NCBI GenBank assembly: GCA_030390025.1
Contig: CM059432.1
Location: 145,764,001-145,828,000 of the forward strand
Length of the DNA: 64,000 bases
Direction: 5' to 3'
Source: Squalus acanthias
Taxonomy: Eukaryota
Shown: positions 49,780 to 63,660 of the stretch, piece by piece
Numbering within the stretch: the stretch's first letter is position 1
Layout of the letters: the number at the start of each line of letters is the position of its first letter
Notes under the pieces: model-generated
What the model saw: the letters and a program-made list of their open reading frames with translations, nothing else
What the model was told of the DNA's origin: nothing
Database searches by the model: none
Translations under genes and position numbers: made by a program

Positions 49780-51050
49780 AATTACCCTGAGCTGTCAGAT
49801 CTAGATAATGATGCTTGGTGAAAGCATGTAATTTGTTTCAGCTGCCTTATGGACAGCTTTGAGAGGATCCTTTGTATGTTGGTGCAAGTGGTGGCCACTG
49901 GTAGACTGGGCTCTGGCTTCCAGATTGATCCTGTTCTGGCAGAGAATATAACAAGGAGATGCTACTACACAGTTCCCATAGGATATGAACAAGTTGCCTA
50001 ATGTTGGTGTAAACTTCGGTTTTATTCACAGAGGATGTTCTGGCTCTGAAAATGATCAACCAATAGTTATTTTCAATAGAAGAAAGCTGAGGTGGTGAGA
50101 CTAGGAGTTCCGGAAACAAGTGAAACTCAAGATAAAAATTAACAAAAGGGACAGTTGGGGATAAATAACAGCACAACCAACTTGCCAAACATATGCTAGG
50201 TCTACCACCAAAATGTGCACTGCGTTACCTCGGGCTGAAATATGGGCCTGGAAAGTCACCATTTAAGAAAGAAAATTTAGTATCACATAAATGGTTCTCA
50301 AGGCAATTTGCTCAAATTCAAACCCAAGGCAGGAGTTAAATGCTGAATGAAAAAGTCAAAAATCTAGATACCATCGGATTCTCCCCAAAAAATGCCCATC
50401 TTTGGCAAGCATAATGAGCAGAGTCAGCACTGCATGGTGTCATGTTGCAGGTTGAGTACTCGATCTAGCAGGGTAAATGTCTTGCTCAGTTTTCTTTTTG
50501 TTAGTTTGGTATTAATGGGATTGTTTAGTGGCAAAGCATAATTCTCCCAGCATGAGCTAGTGCGGAGGGCTGCACCAAACATGATGTCAAGAACGAAAGA
50601 CTTGCATTTATATAGCGCCTTTCATGACCACCGGACGTCCCAAAGCGCTTTACACCCAATGAAGTACCTCTTTGAAGTGTAGTCACTGTTGTAATGTAGG
50701 TAATTCAGCTGAGTGCTGAAGACTTAAATATAGCAGTCACTTGACTAGACTGGCATTCAATTGCCCCAGATCATTTGCCAGACCACAAGGCTGGAGGAGG
50801 TTATGTGTATCCCGAACACTATATTTAGGTCTGTGAATCAGTACAGGACACTGGTTCAATTTTCCCAAAATGCATCTGGAAGTGCTACCTACTTACACTT
50901 GATTCCCTGCCTGAGCATCATCTGGAGATGTGTTGGTTGGTAGAACCAGCACCCGAGATCTCTGCATCTGAAGAGATCAAGTTTGGACATCCTCGTCATA
51001 GATAACCTTGCAATGAACAAGATGGGTCACATAAAACCCATTTGTTTACT
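49780..51050 (-). mobile_element. Decayed DIRS1-like relic (tyrosine recombinase C-terminus; possible RNase H remnant upstream)
   Basis: ARAQST..DPLKAVHKAA..AFTKHHYLDL (cf. AHSTR..ICxAAxW..TFxRHYxLD) at ~49790-49930. The upstream extent is uncertain. Confidence 0.5.
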
Positions 51051-54000
51051 TTGGAACACTTCTAAAAGTCATACAATACTGAAGGGAGTGTAAATGGGTT
51101 TCATTGGTACCACTCACTGCGAGGGATTCAGGACAATTGAGTGTTTGTGCTTACCAAAGGTTGGAGGTGAGCAGACTGGATAAAACCAACTACTGGGCAG
51201 ATAATAAAATGCAGTGAACTATTGCCGAGGACAAGGTCATTGATGAGTTAAAATTGAAACTTCGCCAAACTTTTCATAGTATCCTAGAATGTTACAGCAG
51301 AGATGGGCCACTCAATGCACTAAGTCCACACAGGTGCTTTTCCTCCACAAGCCACCTAACTTAATCCCACTTTCCTGCTCACTCCCCAATACCCTTTATT
51401 ATTCCTCTTTTTCAATTAACTACCTAACCTATTTAAACCCCTTTTCATTTTGTTGCGACCATCTTAAATTTGTGAATTCTCATTACTGTGTCACTGGAAA
51501 CAATCCATCACAACCCTTCATCATTTTGAAGCGTTCTATCAGGTCACTAACCTTGCGCTCCAGTGAAAAAGCCGCAATTCTGAAATCTCTCTTCATATCT
51601 GTAAGTGTTCAGCCCTGGTAACATCCTAGTGAATCTACATTGTACATTCTTTACAGGGCAACGAAGGTTAGGCAATAAATGTGGCCTTACCAGCGTAACC
51701 TACTTTCCAAGAACAAATAAAAAAAACTTTCCATTTTCTATTTACTTTATAATAAAGTGCCCAAAAGATACCCCAACTATAAAGTATTTATTCAGTATTT
51801 CTGCTTTTCGCTCTCCACTACGAGCTTGCCTCCTTCAACTATCCTCTTACTATAGAAAACTGTACCATTTTTTTTTGCTAATTTTCTCTCCTACTCCTCC
51901 TTAGCATTTCTCAAAAAGTTAAACCTTAAATAAGATTTTTACAGGGTTGCTTGAATTCCTTACTACAAAATTACTGGGATTTATGGTGATAAAGAACAAA
52001 CATTTCCTTAGAATCAGTCAAGATTACTGCTAACAGATTAATAAGATCCAAACGTTTAAATACACAACAGGATGGAGGAAGACCACCAGTTGAAAATGGC
52101 AGCAGTCACCACTAGTGTTTTATGAGGCTGTCCCTTAGCGAGACAAATCAAACTTCGATACGTGTCTGATGGTTGAACAAATGAGGAAAAAAAATCATGT
52201 TCTGTTCACAATAAGACTGGCAAATCAGCCAATTGAGACATCATAGGGCTATGTTAAATATGGTTCAAAAATGGTACCAACAGAATTCTAATATTGCAGT
52301 GTCCAATTTTAATCTTAAAAATTCAGGGATGCCGGCAATCAGATATAATGCACTTGACTGGGAAGATCAAATAGAAAGCAATAATATGTGATCAATTCAA
52401 CAAAATACACGGAGAGGCAGCACAAGTGCTTCAATGTGCTGGTCTGAAGGTTTAACCCAAGGATTCCCCATTCAGCAAATTTCCAACTGCACGATCAAGG
52501 CAAGGGCTTAAAAAATAGTGGTATAAAATTGAAAGAGTTTTTAAGCTGCGTTTTAGGTACAAGTCCCTTGGCCCACCTTTTTGACCAAACAGTGTGTGGA
52601 TTAAGGAGAAAATTTAAAAAATGGGGAAAAAAGTTATTAAAACAGAAAAAAAAATATCCTTGAAGCAGGACAAGTTGCCTTCTGACAGTTGGTCTTTCCA
52701 GTCTCCTCTTCGCAACCCACCCACTTCTAACCTGGATAACTGTTGGAGTTCTGATTATTAAACACTAACTTGAAGATATATATATATATAAAAAAAATGA
52801 ACATTTAATAGAGCAACCTAATATAGTCCAGTGTTTAAAACACTGCTGTGGTGCCAGCTGTTAATCCCAGCCACCTGATAAGTGTCCTGTCTAGCCACGT
52901 TTCTTGCCTCTTGGAGGGCACAGTAACAATAGTCTGCAGTTCATTTGCCTGCCTTCCTTGCTGAATATTTGTGAGGCAAGTCAACTAATATACAAAAGCA
53001 TCATAATTGCTTTAATGATTTAACAATGTATTAAGTCACTTTTAAAAATATTGTTTGCATTTTTAAAACCCCAAGTTGCATGTTAAAAGCAGAGTGAATG
53101 TAATTACAAATATGGCACCATCCTTATTAAATTATTCAGTGTTAAGTCTATTTGCAACAGACAGATGAACCTTCAAGAGGTCGATTCCACTCAGACATGC
53201 AACAATTATTTATACCCATCAGTATCTCATGCTCTCCATCTGCTAACACAAGTACAAAGTCGGTCTCTAAACACTACAAGTGGCACAATATTGTACAGTA
53301 AAGGTTTCAACTTCTACAATTTAGGATGTACACTTTCAATGAAGAATTTCAGCCCAGCCTTCATACTTTGCTCAGAAATTGTTTTGTGCAAAACATTTCT
53401 GTATTCAATCAGCTTGAAATAATAGCAAATGTAAGTGTATTCCATCATGTTACACATTTGTCAGGACCAGGTCTTTATGGTGACTAAAGATGACATTCCA
53501 TTTTTATTACATGGAATATGATTCCCAACACGCTGGTAAAAACATTCCATGATTCTGTCCAGTTTTGCAGGAAAACCGCCTTGATGATTGTCACAAAAAT
53601 ACTCAGGAAAATGCTACCACAAGATGGTGCTGTATGACAATTGATGGTTTGAAGGAAATCAGATAAAATTACTTTTCTAACGATGTTTAATCATATAGCT
53701 ATAATGTAGATTATGGATATAACCTGCCCTCTTCAATACAGATTATTCATACTGCATAAGATTTCCAAAGTTGCAGTTTTATTCATGTTGTGTGCAGTTC
53801 ATTTTGTGGAAGTAGTAATATAGAAATGAATGGTAAATGAATTCAGAAATTACACATCAGTCCTGCTGATTAAACCCATATGGTTAGCTAAACAAATAAA
53901 CTGGCTGGTACTTGAAGGGTTAACTTCTTATAAATGTAAAAAGAAAGAACTTGCATTTATACAACACCTTATTACGTGTGTCAAATGTCTAAAGCGTTTG

Positions 54001-54219
54001 CGAACATAGGAAAATGTCAGGCAGAAAATTACCAACTGGTCCATCTAACCTGTCCCATACAATCATAATACCTTATGCATCACAATACAGACACTCTGTA
54101 CCCCACCCGGAGCCATGTACATACAATAAATTACGATGACGTACAGCAAGTTACATAGGCAAACACCATCATCATTTTGTACATAGCAAGATGTCACTAA
54201 CAACAAGATGATGAATGAC

Positions 54220-54790
54220 TAGATAACACCTACCCTAGCCCTGAACCCATCTCTCCCTGGTTTCTGTGCCATCATCACTTCAAATAAACACACCCTCAAC
54301 CAGTGTCCTTGCAAACTACCACCTGGATCTCCAACCTTCCTTTCCTCTCCAAAATTCTTCAAGGTATTGTCAACTCCCGGATCGAAGCCCATCTCTCCCA
54401 CAATCCATTTGAATCCCTTCAATCAAGTTTCTGCTCCTCCCACAGCACCAAAATGGCCCTTACCAAATTAACAAATAATATTCTGTGACTGTAACCTAGG
54501 TGCATTAGCTCTTTTTGTTCTTGGCTTCTCCTCCTCCAACATCTCTTCTGTTGTCCAGCTCAGTGGGCCTACCCTTGCTTGGTCCCAACTCTTACTTGTC
54601 CCCAAGTATCCCTAAACCCCTCTGGCTCTCCACCTCGCCCTTCCTCTCCTCTTTTAAGACTCTGCTTAAAACTCATCTTTTTAACCAAGCTGTTAGTCAC
54701 CCCTCCATCTTCTTCTTTGACTCAGTGTCCATTTTTTTCCCCTGACGCCTCACTGAAGCACCTTGGGACATTTCTCTAGTTAAAGGTGTT
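54220..54790 (+). mobile_element. L2 LINE fragment
   Basis: ISNLPFLSKILQ..FESLQSSFCSSHSTKMAL and SSFKTLLKTHLF plus tail. Confidence 0.8.
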
Positions 54791-55074
54791 AGATGTTATA
54801 GTCCAGATAAACTAATGATAGGAGGTTCCAGTCTGCTTTCTTTTTAACATCCTATAAGAAGTCAAGGAGACTTTCCCAGCAGGATCTCCTTGTAAATGCA
54901 TATTACAATATTGCTATATAGGTATTCCTTCAGCCTCATCCTTACAATAGTTTTCAGAATTTTACCTGCTATTATTGTTAGGGTAGGAGCAAGTGTAGGA
55001 TATCTGAATTAAATGATAAAGAAACTTCTCCTGTGTGCAAGCATCTGCTGACAATAGGAGAAAAAACAGTGGAA

Positions 55075-55330
55075 GAACGAACCTGCATTCATATTACACG
55101 CGTCACAACCTCAGGACGTCCCAAAGAATTCCATGGCCAATTAAGCAATTCTGAAGCGTAGTCACTGTTGTAATGTAGAGAAAACTCGACCACTAATTTG
55201 GGCAATGTAAGGTCTGACAAATGGCAATAAGACTTTTTTGACAAGATAATTTTTTTTAAGCGAGGAATAAACGTTACTCAGGTATGTATACAAAATCCCT
55301 GCTTTGCTTCAGATAGTACTACAGAATCTT
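55075..55330 (-). mobile_element. Deu-SINE fragment
   Basis: cctcaggacgtcccaaag..gtagtcactgttgtaatgtag tail/core in reverse orientation. Confidence 0.65.
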
Positions 55331-55557
55331 TTATGCAAGGCGCCTATCCAGGACAAGCCTTCTATACTGGTGAAAGGTTCAAGAATGCACGAATGTAGTG
55401 TAGAGCAAAATTCTCTGAATGGTTTCTTCTGCCTGCCTTCCTGGTTTGGAGGATACCCTACTGATTTATGCGAGGGGACTGAATAAATGAAGGAGGATTT
55501 TCTTTCTTCAGAACTGGTAACACAGACTATAGCATTCCAAATTTTCACAGTACTCAC

Positions 55558-55611
55558 TGTGACAATCTTAGTTTGACGTCGGACACATTGTACTGCCCCT
55601 GGAATGGATGG
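55558..55611 (-). CDS. AVL9: AVL9 internal exon (54 bp)
   Basis: Minus strand: tctcttttccag|C CAT CCA..., (G)HPFQGQYNVSDVKLRLS(H)|gtgagt. Phase matches both flanking exons. Confidence 0.93.
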
Positions 55612-56309
55612 CTGGAAAAGAGAAAAACATCTATGATCAAGATTCATTTCCTAACTGACAATGAATAAACATTACTCAATTTAAGCACTGAGCTTCAAAG
55701 TAAAACCAGTTTATCGATCTCTTTCTAGTTAGTCTTTTTGGAACTAAAATCAGATTTGTATCTACCCTACACATAACTGTAACTGAATAATGCCATTAAG
55801 GTCATTTAGATGGATCCTATGCCAGCAAACAATTCACATTTTATCCATTTGTTAAATGTTCTGAGCAAATGTTCTTTACATATGGTTAATAAAGTTATCG
55901 GATTTCATGTACATCTAAATTTGAAACCCATTTTCACATTCATAGCTTTAATCCATTCTATTAGAGGTTTTGAATAAACAAAAATGGAGATTTCCAGCTG
56001 AATCAAATTTATTAACCCGAGAAAAGGTTGCCTGGCAATGCGGAGTATGTAGACGTACCACTCGGCTGATGCACACACATCCGCTTTAAAATCAAAATTC
56101 AGTTTGGCCGCAGAAATGGTCCAGTGTTGAAGAGAATTTTGGAAAGGCATAAGGCATGCTCACATTGAAAATATTAGCAGTAAACAGAAGACTATATACT
56201 CCTAATTCAGTCAGTGCAAAATTGATGCTTTTACAGATATGTCGTGTTTCGAATGAGGCGCGTGCCAGCTCAAGTGGACATAAAACATCTCGGTGTTATT
56301 TGAAGACCA

Positions 56310-57396
56310 GCGGATTTCTCCCAGTGCCCTGCTTAATTTATCCCTAAAACCAACACTATCAAAAACCAGATTATCTGTTCATTTATCCCATTGCTGTTTG
56401 TGGGACCTTATGTACAAATTGGCTGCTGCACTCGTTTACATAAATGAAGACATTAATAAACTTGCAGAATGGGCATATAATTGACAAATTAATTTCAACA
56501 CAGATAAGTGTGAGGTATTACATTTTGGTAAGAAAGATTAGGTCATCAAATATTGCTTGAAAAATACAAATCTAAATGGGGTAGAGGAGCAAAGGGATCT
56601 CGGAGTACAAATACACAAATCACAAAGTTGTGACGCAGGTCAATCAGGCCATAACAAAAACAAACCAAGCACTAGGGTTTATTTCTAGAGGGATAGAATT
56701 GAAAAGTAGTGAAGTTATGCTAAACTTGTATCGAACCTTGGTTAGACCACACTTGGAGTACTGCGTACAGTTCTGGTCGTCATATTATAAAAAGGATATA
56801 GAGGCACTGGAGAGGGTGCAAAAAAGATTTACAAGGATGATATCAGAAATGAGAAGGTATACCTATCAGGAAAGGATGAACAGGCTGGGTCTCTTTTCTC
56901 TTGAAAAGAGAAGGCTAAGGGGTGACTTAATAGAGGTCTCTAAAATTATGAAAGGTTTTGATAGAGTAGACACAGAGTGTTTCCACTTGTGGGGAAGACC
57001 AAAACGAGAGGCCATCAATATAAGACAGTCACCAAGAAATCCAATAGGGAATTCAGAAGAAACTTCTTTACCCAGAGAGTGGCGAGAATGTGGAACTCGC
57101 GACCACAGGGAGTGGTTGAGGCAAAAAGTATCGATGCATTTAAGGGGAGGCTAGATAAGCACATGAGGGAGAAGGGAATAGAGGGTTATGCTGATAAAGT
57201 TAGATGAGGAAAGATGGGAGGAGGCTGGAGTGGAGCATAAACGCCGGCATGGACTGGTTGGGCCAAATGGCCTGTTTCTGTGCCGTATATCCTATGTAAT
57301 TCTATGTAAGTGACTACACCTCAAAAGTAACTCATAGGCTGCGAGACGCTTTGGGACATCCCAAGGTGCTACATGAACGCAAGCTTGTTCTTTCTT
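56310..57396 (+). mobile_element. Deu-SINE split by a CR1 3' fragment (~56441-57308)
   Basis: SINE body ends ..gtttacataa, then CR1 (LVRPHLEYCVQFWS..RRNFFTQRV..tail), then the SINE resumes gtgactacacctcaaaag. Confidence 0.82.
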
Positions 57397-57989
57397 ATCT
57401 AATTTGATATTTAAACAGTCTGGTGAACTTTGATAGTGAGACAACCTCGTGCTTAAATACAAGTGTTTCTGTGCTGGGTTTTGTAGTTTCATACTCATTT
57501 TCTTTTTTTAAAACTGAAATTTGACTTGGAGCGATAGTAGCGGTTTGAAACTTGATCACATTCAGCTTGTGATGGTTGAAAATAGTCTTGTGTAAAAGTG
57601 GTATTCCATAGTAACAAACTATGTGCAAGATTTGCTGGTGCTTTGCAGTACAGCGAGAACAAAAAATCCACCATTTGAGCTGCAGGACTTTTTTTTTTGT
57701 TTGGAGGGTCTCATCAGCAAAAAAAGTTGTCAGGTCAGTATAGACTTCCTCATTCTTTATCATCATAGAAATGAGGTGAAAGGCATGAGATCCCCGTTAT
57801 ATATAAAATCTTATTATGGATTCTATACTCAGTTCTTTCATATAAAGGCGGTTTCAGGGGTGGACCAAAATACAACAACTCCTCGAGGCTCCCAGGTAGC
57901 ACGCTGCGGGAATCCGACAACCCCGGCAAGCTTTTTTAAATTATGAAGTAATCCAGTGGTAGGAAAACACACGTTAGAGAAGCTTGGCA

Positions 57990-58330
57990 TTGAGCATCTA
58001 TGGAGATGCTGAAAGCTCAAACTGGAATCTCAAACTGGAATTTTTCTCGACTGAAGAAAAAACACCAACTTTCCCAAATATACCCATGACCCAATGGACT
58101 TCAATTCTTGCAGTTACAAGGAGCAACTCAAATAAGCCAGTCATCTAAATAAACTTAGATTTGTGCAGATGGTCCAGTTGAACGAACGGGTACTTTGTGA
58201 ACACTTGGTTTAACCAGAAGGAAGAGGATCACTTTATAATTTGCTGGCAAAACAATGACCCTCAAGTACTTTGATAGGAACCTATAGCCAATCCCATGGT
58301 CCAACAACCACAATCCAGTCTCCTAAATTT
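57990..58330 (-). mobile_element. DIRS1-like RT relic
   Basis: Minus strand VYLDDWLI at 58154-58131, preceded by LPSG..P.VFTK (cf. LPFGL..APRVFTK). Confidence 0.65.
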
Positions 58331-59004
58331 ATCACAAACCAGCCGATCTTCCTAGGGTGCTGTTCACAGTGAGATGGATATTATGTTGTGGGGTGGGAGG
58401 AAGGGGTGCATATCACCACTGAAAGAATTTGGAAATAAATCTTCCCAGGTTCTCTCCTCTTTTGTGAAGATCTAGTCAACATTGAGATCTTTATCCAGGA
58501 GACTCAAGAGGTTTGCTCTCGAGCATTGGACATTGTTGATGCTGCTTTGGTGCACACACCTGGGACTTGGAAACATCTAATCTCTTATCCCTAGTCATGT
58601 AAGACGGTGCAAACCCTGCCCTAGAAAAGTCTTGAAGGACTGGAGTCCAAAGACTGACTAAAGTGTCTTTGTGCAAAGTCCTCTTTGACCTGAGCATTTG
58701 ACCTTTTAAAATTTAGATTTGAGACTCGACTCCAATATGTGATTAAGAGAAGCGGCATTTTAGGTCCAGAATCACATTCCAGGGCTTAGAAAGCCATCAA
58801 TGAGTTCTTCTGAACAGTGAGTGGGGTTGTCACATTGTTGGAGTTGTGCAGCCAAAGAACAAGCTCTTCAAATGGCCCAACACTGGAAAAACGTGACAGC
58901 AAGCAAAATTAAAATTCCATAACTGGCATAAACTGAACAATGATTCAATTTTCACCAAGATTCTTGAACTTTGACCAGATACACTAGGTGAACAAGAGCC
59001 TTCT

Positions 59005-60125
59005 ATCAACAATAACTTGGATTTATACAGCACCTTTAAAGTAGTAAAAAGTCCCAAGATGCTTGACAGGAGCATAAACAGACAAATGCTGACACTGAGC
59101 CAAAGGAGAAGATATTAGGACAGGTGACCAAAAACTTTGATCAAAAGAGGTGGTTTTTAAGATCAGTCAACGGAGGAGAGGCGGAGAGGTTTAGGGAGGG
59201 CACTCCAGAGCTTAGGGCCTAGACTGCGGAAGGCACGGCCGCCAATGGTGGGTGAAGGAAGTGGAGAATGCGCAAGTGGTCATGGTTGGAGAGACGTAGA
59301 GTTCTCAGTTGTAGGGCTGGAGGAGGTTAGAGAGATAGGGAGGGACGTCGCCATGAAGGGATTTGAACACGAGGATACGAATTTTAAAAGTAAGGCGTTG
59401 AGGGACCAGGAGCCAATGTAGTTCAGCAAGCACAGGGGGTGATGGGAGAATGGGACTTGGTGCGAGTTAGGATATGGGCAGCGGAGTTTTGGATGAGATT
59501 ATGTTTATGGAGGGTGGAAGATAGGAGGCGGGCCAGGAGAGCATTGGAATAGGGGGTAACAAAAGCATGGCTAAGGGCTTCAACAGCATACGGGCTGAGG
59601 CAGGGATGGAGACGGGCGATATTATTGACATGAAAGTAGGCTGTCTTGGTGAAGGAGCAGGTATGTGGTCGGTAGCTCAGGTCAGGAACAAATAGGACGC
59701 CAAGGTTGCGAACAGTCTGGTGCAGCCTGAGACGGTCGCCAGGGAAAGCAATGGAGTTGGTGGCTTGGGAGTGGAGTTTGTGGCGGGGACCAAAGACAAT
59801 GGCTTCAGTCTTCCCAATCTTTAATTGGAGGAAATTTTCTTTCATCCGGGACTGGATGTCGGACAAGCAGTGTGACAAATCAGAGACAGCGCAGGGGTCA
59901 AGAGAGGTGGTGGTGAGGTAGAGCTGGGTGTCATCAGCGTACATGTGGAACCTGACGCTGTGTTTTCGGATGATGTCACCGAGGGGCAGCATGCAGATGA
60001 GAAAGAGGAGGGGTTCAAGGATAGATCCTTGGGGGACTCCAGAGTTAACGGTGTGGGGGCAGGAAGAGAAGTAATTGCAGATGATTCTCTGGCTATGATT
60101 GAATAGGTAAGAGGCGAGATAGTCA
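59005..60125 (-). mobile_element. L2 LINE 3' portion
   Basis: ORF 59423-60142: GVPQGSILEPLLF..FHMYADDTQLYL..LIQNSAAHILTRT; tail at ~59005-59070. Confidence 0.92.
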
Positions 60126-62285
60126 GGAAACTTTCTCACCAAGAAAGAAAAACCCCACTGGTACGGAGATTCAGTACTGAACTGAACAGTCCACGAGAGT
60201 CCAATGATTCTTGGTCGTTCTGAAGTGGGGCAAATCTGTGGCCTTCAGAAGACAAAAGTATGAAAAAATATTCTTAAAATGTCTTATAGACCAGCTAGTG
60301 GGTTTCTGTCCACTATTCAACACATGCCAGGTCCCTATTCTCAGCAGGGAACACAATAAGAGGAAGGGAGGCACTCGCCCATCGGGAAGGGTAGAAACTT
60401 CTACGAGCGAGTCTGTCTGCGCTGCTGCCACCACCCAGCAACAGGCACGTGTGGTTCTAGTACTGCCCCGATGTCCTTGAGTAGTAAGGCACTGTTTGGA
60501 GCAGTACTAAGCCATTAAGATTAGAAAATTCCAGGTTTGATTTCTGGTGTATCCAGAGTTAACTGATCTCAGTCATAAAAGCAGTAATTGAGTGCTACAA
60601 TTGGCTTAACGTCCCTCGGCTAGAGAGGGGAAAAGCCAGCCCGGGGTCCTGCCTCTGATCAATATCCATTGACTTCTGCTGTTATGCATGTGTGGAAGTT
60701 GGATAAGGACAGGGCAAGGCTCTGCTGTGATGTGATGCAGCTACGGTTAAATAACGATGATCGACTTTCTGAATCGGTCCTACTAATTTTCCCATGGATC
60801 TGGGGCAGGCGCAGCTCCACCAAGTTTCAGTTTTCCCCCTCTTCCAGAGGGCACTGGCAGTAACACAGAACATCCATACACGGGCAGTTGAGGGAGGTTA
60901 CATGAGTTTTTTGAGCAATTGACATGTTGGGAGGCATCCAGCATTCTATGGTCAGTGGAGAGGGCTTCAGGGATGCAATAGAAGCGAGTCCTCCCCAAGC
61001 ACTCCGAGAATCAGCCCCTCAGCAGAAGAATTTGCAATGAACAAAACATTGCGCAGGCAGCTTGATGACTGCATCCCCCTCACATTATGGCAAGTTTCCT
61101 GAGGCCCACTGTAAAAGGTCCTGCCCTGACCCAAGTCCCAGTGGAGGCCAGGAAGCCCACTCCCCTATGCAAAGTATCCCAGGGCCAGAAACACGGTTGG
61201 GATTTTGGGACCATCTCAGGGTGGGTGGAAGTTCCAGTCAGTAAGCCTAGGCCTTAAAGTCTGGGCTCATACAGAGCATGACCGCTTTGGCTCATTATTG
61301 GAAAGCATCCTGCAGCCATGGAGTGGAGGGGAGAACAAGTGAAGAGAAAAAGGTTTTGACAGAAGCATGGGATCAGGTTGTCTCAGTGTTGAGAGTGGAA
61401 ATGGGGATTTTATTTTCTCTACAACTGTGACCAAGGTTAGCAGAAATTTATCTAAATGGGGTAGGGGTGGGGGTGTGAAGACAGGGTAGGTAGGGTAGTG
61501 TTTTTCCTTTCAGTAATCTCTGATTAAGCAACCTTAAAAATCCAGATTATTATATAAAATATATTGAAATCTTGCATCTATGCACACATCCTGTCTACAG
61601 CACATAACTTCCTGTTGTAATGTTTTTGCCACACTTGTCAATATAAATTCCTATGTCCACCTTTATAATGGTAACTGCCTATTGCACATAGGGAGTCAAG
61701 ACCAAGTGTAGTCTTCAGGGGAAGTGGGGCCAGAGGGCATAGAATTATTAGTCCAAGGCTCGCAGGCATAATTCAGTCACCATTTTAAAGTCGTACATCT
61801 ATCCTTATTTTTATATAATATTTAAATTTTACATTATTTATAGTTAAATCGTAAAACTTACGCAAGTTGGGAAGTAGAGTTGGTTAGAGTATCGGCGTTT
61901 CCGCAGTCCATGCTGGGGAGCTGGGAGATACAAACCTGAGGTGCTGTCGTGTCACCACCGGCGAGAGGGTGGCATTACAGTGTGCCAAATTTACATGGAC
62001 ATTTTCCAGTATAAATGCAGACAGGAATTTATAGCGAACAAAAAGTTGACACAAGAGCGTGACAAGAAAGTGAAAACAGGAGGTGAGTTTTTGTAGACAG
62101 GCAGTGGGTGCAGATGCAAGCTTTCGCATATATTACAGAAACACACACCGTGCAGTGTTCCTGGATTTGTAGCCTGTTTATAAAAAAAATAATCTGTGAA
62201 CAAAGTCTAAGAGTCATCGCCATTCCTCGTAATACCCAACAGTAGCTGGCTAGAGAAAAATATGAAATAAGCATCATCATCCTAC

Positions 62286-62403
62286 CCAGGATTGACTTCA
62301 GTGACAGCAGGGTGTTTGTTGCTATGCCACACTCTGAAGTTGTGTGTATTCTTCCACGCAGCGATGAACAAAATGCCATAGTCTGCTAACATTTTGTCAT
62401 TAT
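62286..62403 (-). CDS. AVL9: AVL9 cell migration associated (late secretory pathway protein AVL9 homolog), internal exon
   Basis: Minus strand: ctgcttcttcag|AT AAT..., (D)NDKMLADYGILFIAAWKNTHNFRVWHSNKHPAVTEVNP(G)|gtagg, matching the AVL9 C-terminal AWKNTHNYRVW.SNKHPA motif. 118 bp. Confidence 0.93.
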
Positions 62404-62859
62404 CTGAAGAAGCAGAGTAAAAGACATACGATATATTGCCTGGTCAGAATAGCAAATGGCATTCAGACAACTCCTCAATCAGTCAGTATTAACATAAATG
62501 CTCAAAATTACTTGAATATTAATTCAATTTTTGAACTAATGCAGCTCCCATACATCAGATCTATCATGTCCAAAGACGGACTTGGACTGTGATCAATATC
62601 CACTTCAGAAAGTTCACACTGAAAAGAACAATCAGTGGCTTTTGGAACTAAAAGTCACAGTCATTCTGCCTCTGTGAGACACACTACGATGTTCAATGTG
62701 ATAGGGGATTTCAAAATTATCCCATGATATACTGGAAGCTACACAATTATGAAATACAACTATTCTGCTGATATAGTTTAAAAATTATGCAGTTTAAATT
62801 TACAAGTGTGCCAGTGAATTATCTGAATGTACAAGAATCAAAGGACAAGGAAAATTGAG

Positions 62860-63660
62860 CACAGAATTTTACAGCACAGAAGGAGGCCATTCAGCCCAGT
62901 GTCTGTGCCAGCTCTGTGCTGGAGCAATCCAAGACTAATCCCAGTGCCCCGTGCTCTCCCCACAGCCCTGTATCTTCCTCCGCTTCAGATATTTATACAA
63001 TTTTCCCGTAAAGGAACCAATGGTAACTTCCACTCCATGATGAAGCTTTCCGTGCTCCTACAACCCGAATAAAGAAATCTCTCCTAAGCGCTCTCTCTCG
63101 CGCTCGGTGAACACCCCACAGCACTGACTCTCCAACCAGAAGAAACAGCTTTTCCTCATTCACTATCAAAACTCTTACTAATTTACAAAAACCCTTTGTT
63201 AAATTTCCTCATAGCCTTTTTCACAGTGGAAATAGTCTCAGGTCACGCGTCATCCAGGTGAACCTACACTTCAACTCCATCTCTAAAACCCAAACGCTGT
63301 CGGTCCTTTTGTGGCTTTACCGACCGGCACTGGCTTTTAAGGGAATTATATATTTGAATCCCTGGGTGTCATGTTCATCTACATCCTTGAATATCCTTCA
63401 ATTATGTGTATACTCCTTTCCTTCTTCCCCCCCCACCCCCAAAAAGTATTACTTCACACTTCTCCACATTAAATTGCATCTTTGATTTCCCCAACCTGAA
63501 GTCTTTTACAATCCTCCTCACCATTTGCCAAACTCCCTACTTTTGGGTCATCAGCAAATTTTTATTTTTATTCCCTATGTTCCAATCCAAATGACCTATG
63601 TACTGAGAACAAAAGTGGACTCAGCACTGTCCCCTGGAGTACACCTTCACCATCAACCCT
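62860..63660 (-). mobile_element. Degenerate CR1 fragment
   Basis: CR1-type tail acagcacagaaggaggccattcagccc and decayed RT (reverse complement aaatttgctgatgac). Confidence 0.65.

Noticed and set aside
61884..61921. Alternative AVL9 terminal exon (GSPAWTAETPIL*)
   Set aside because: Weak acceptor, no recognisable homology and no other support.
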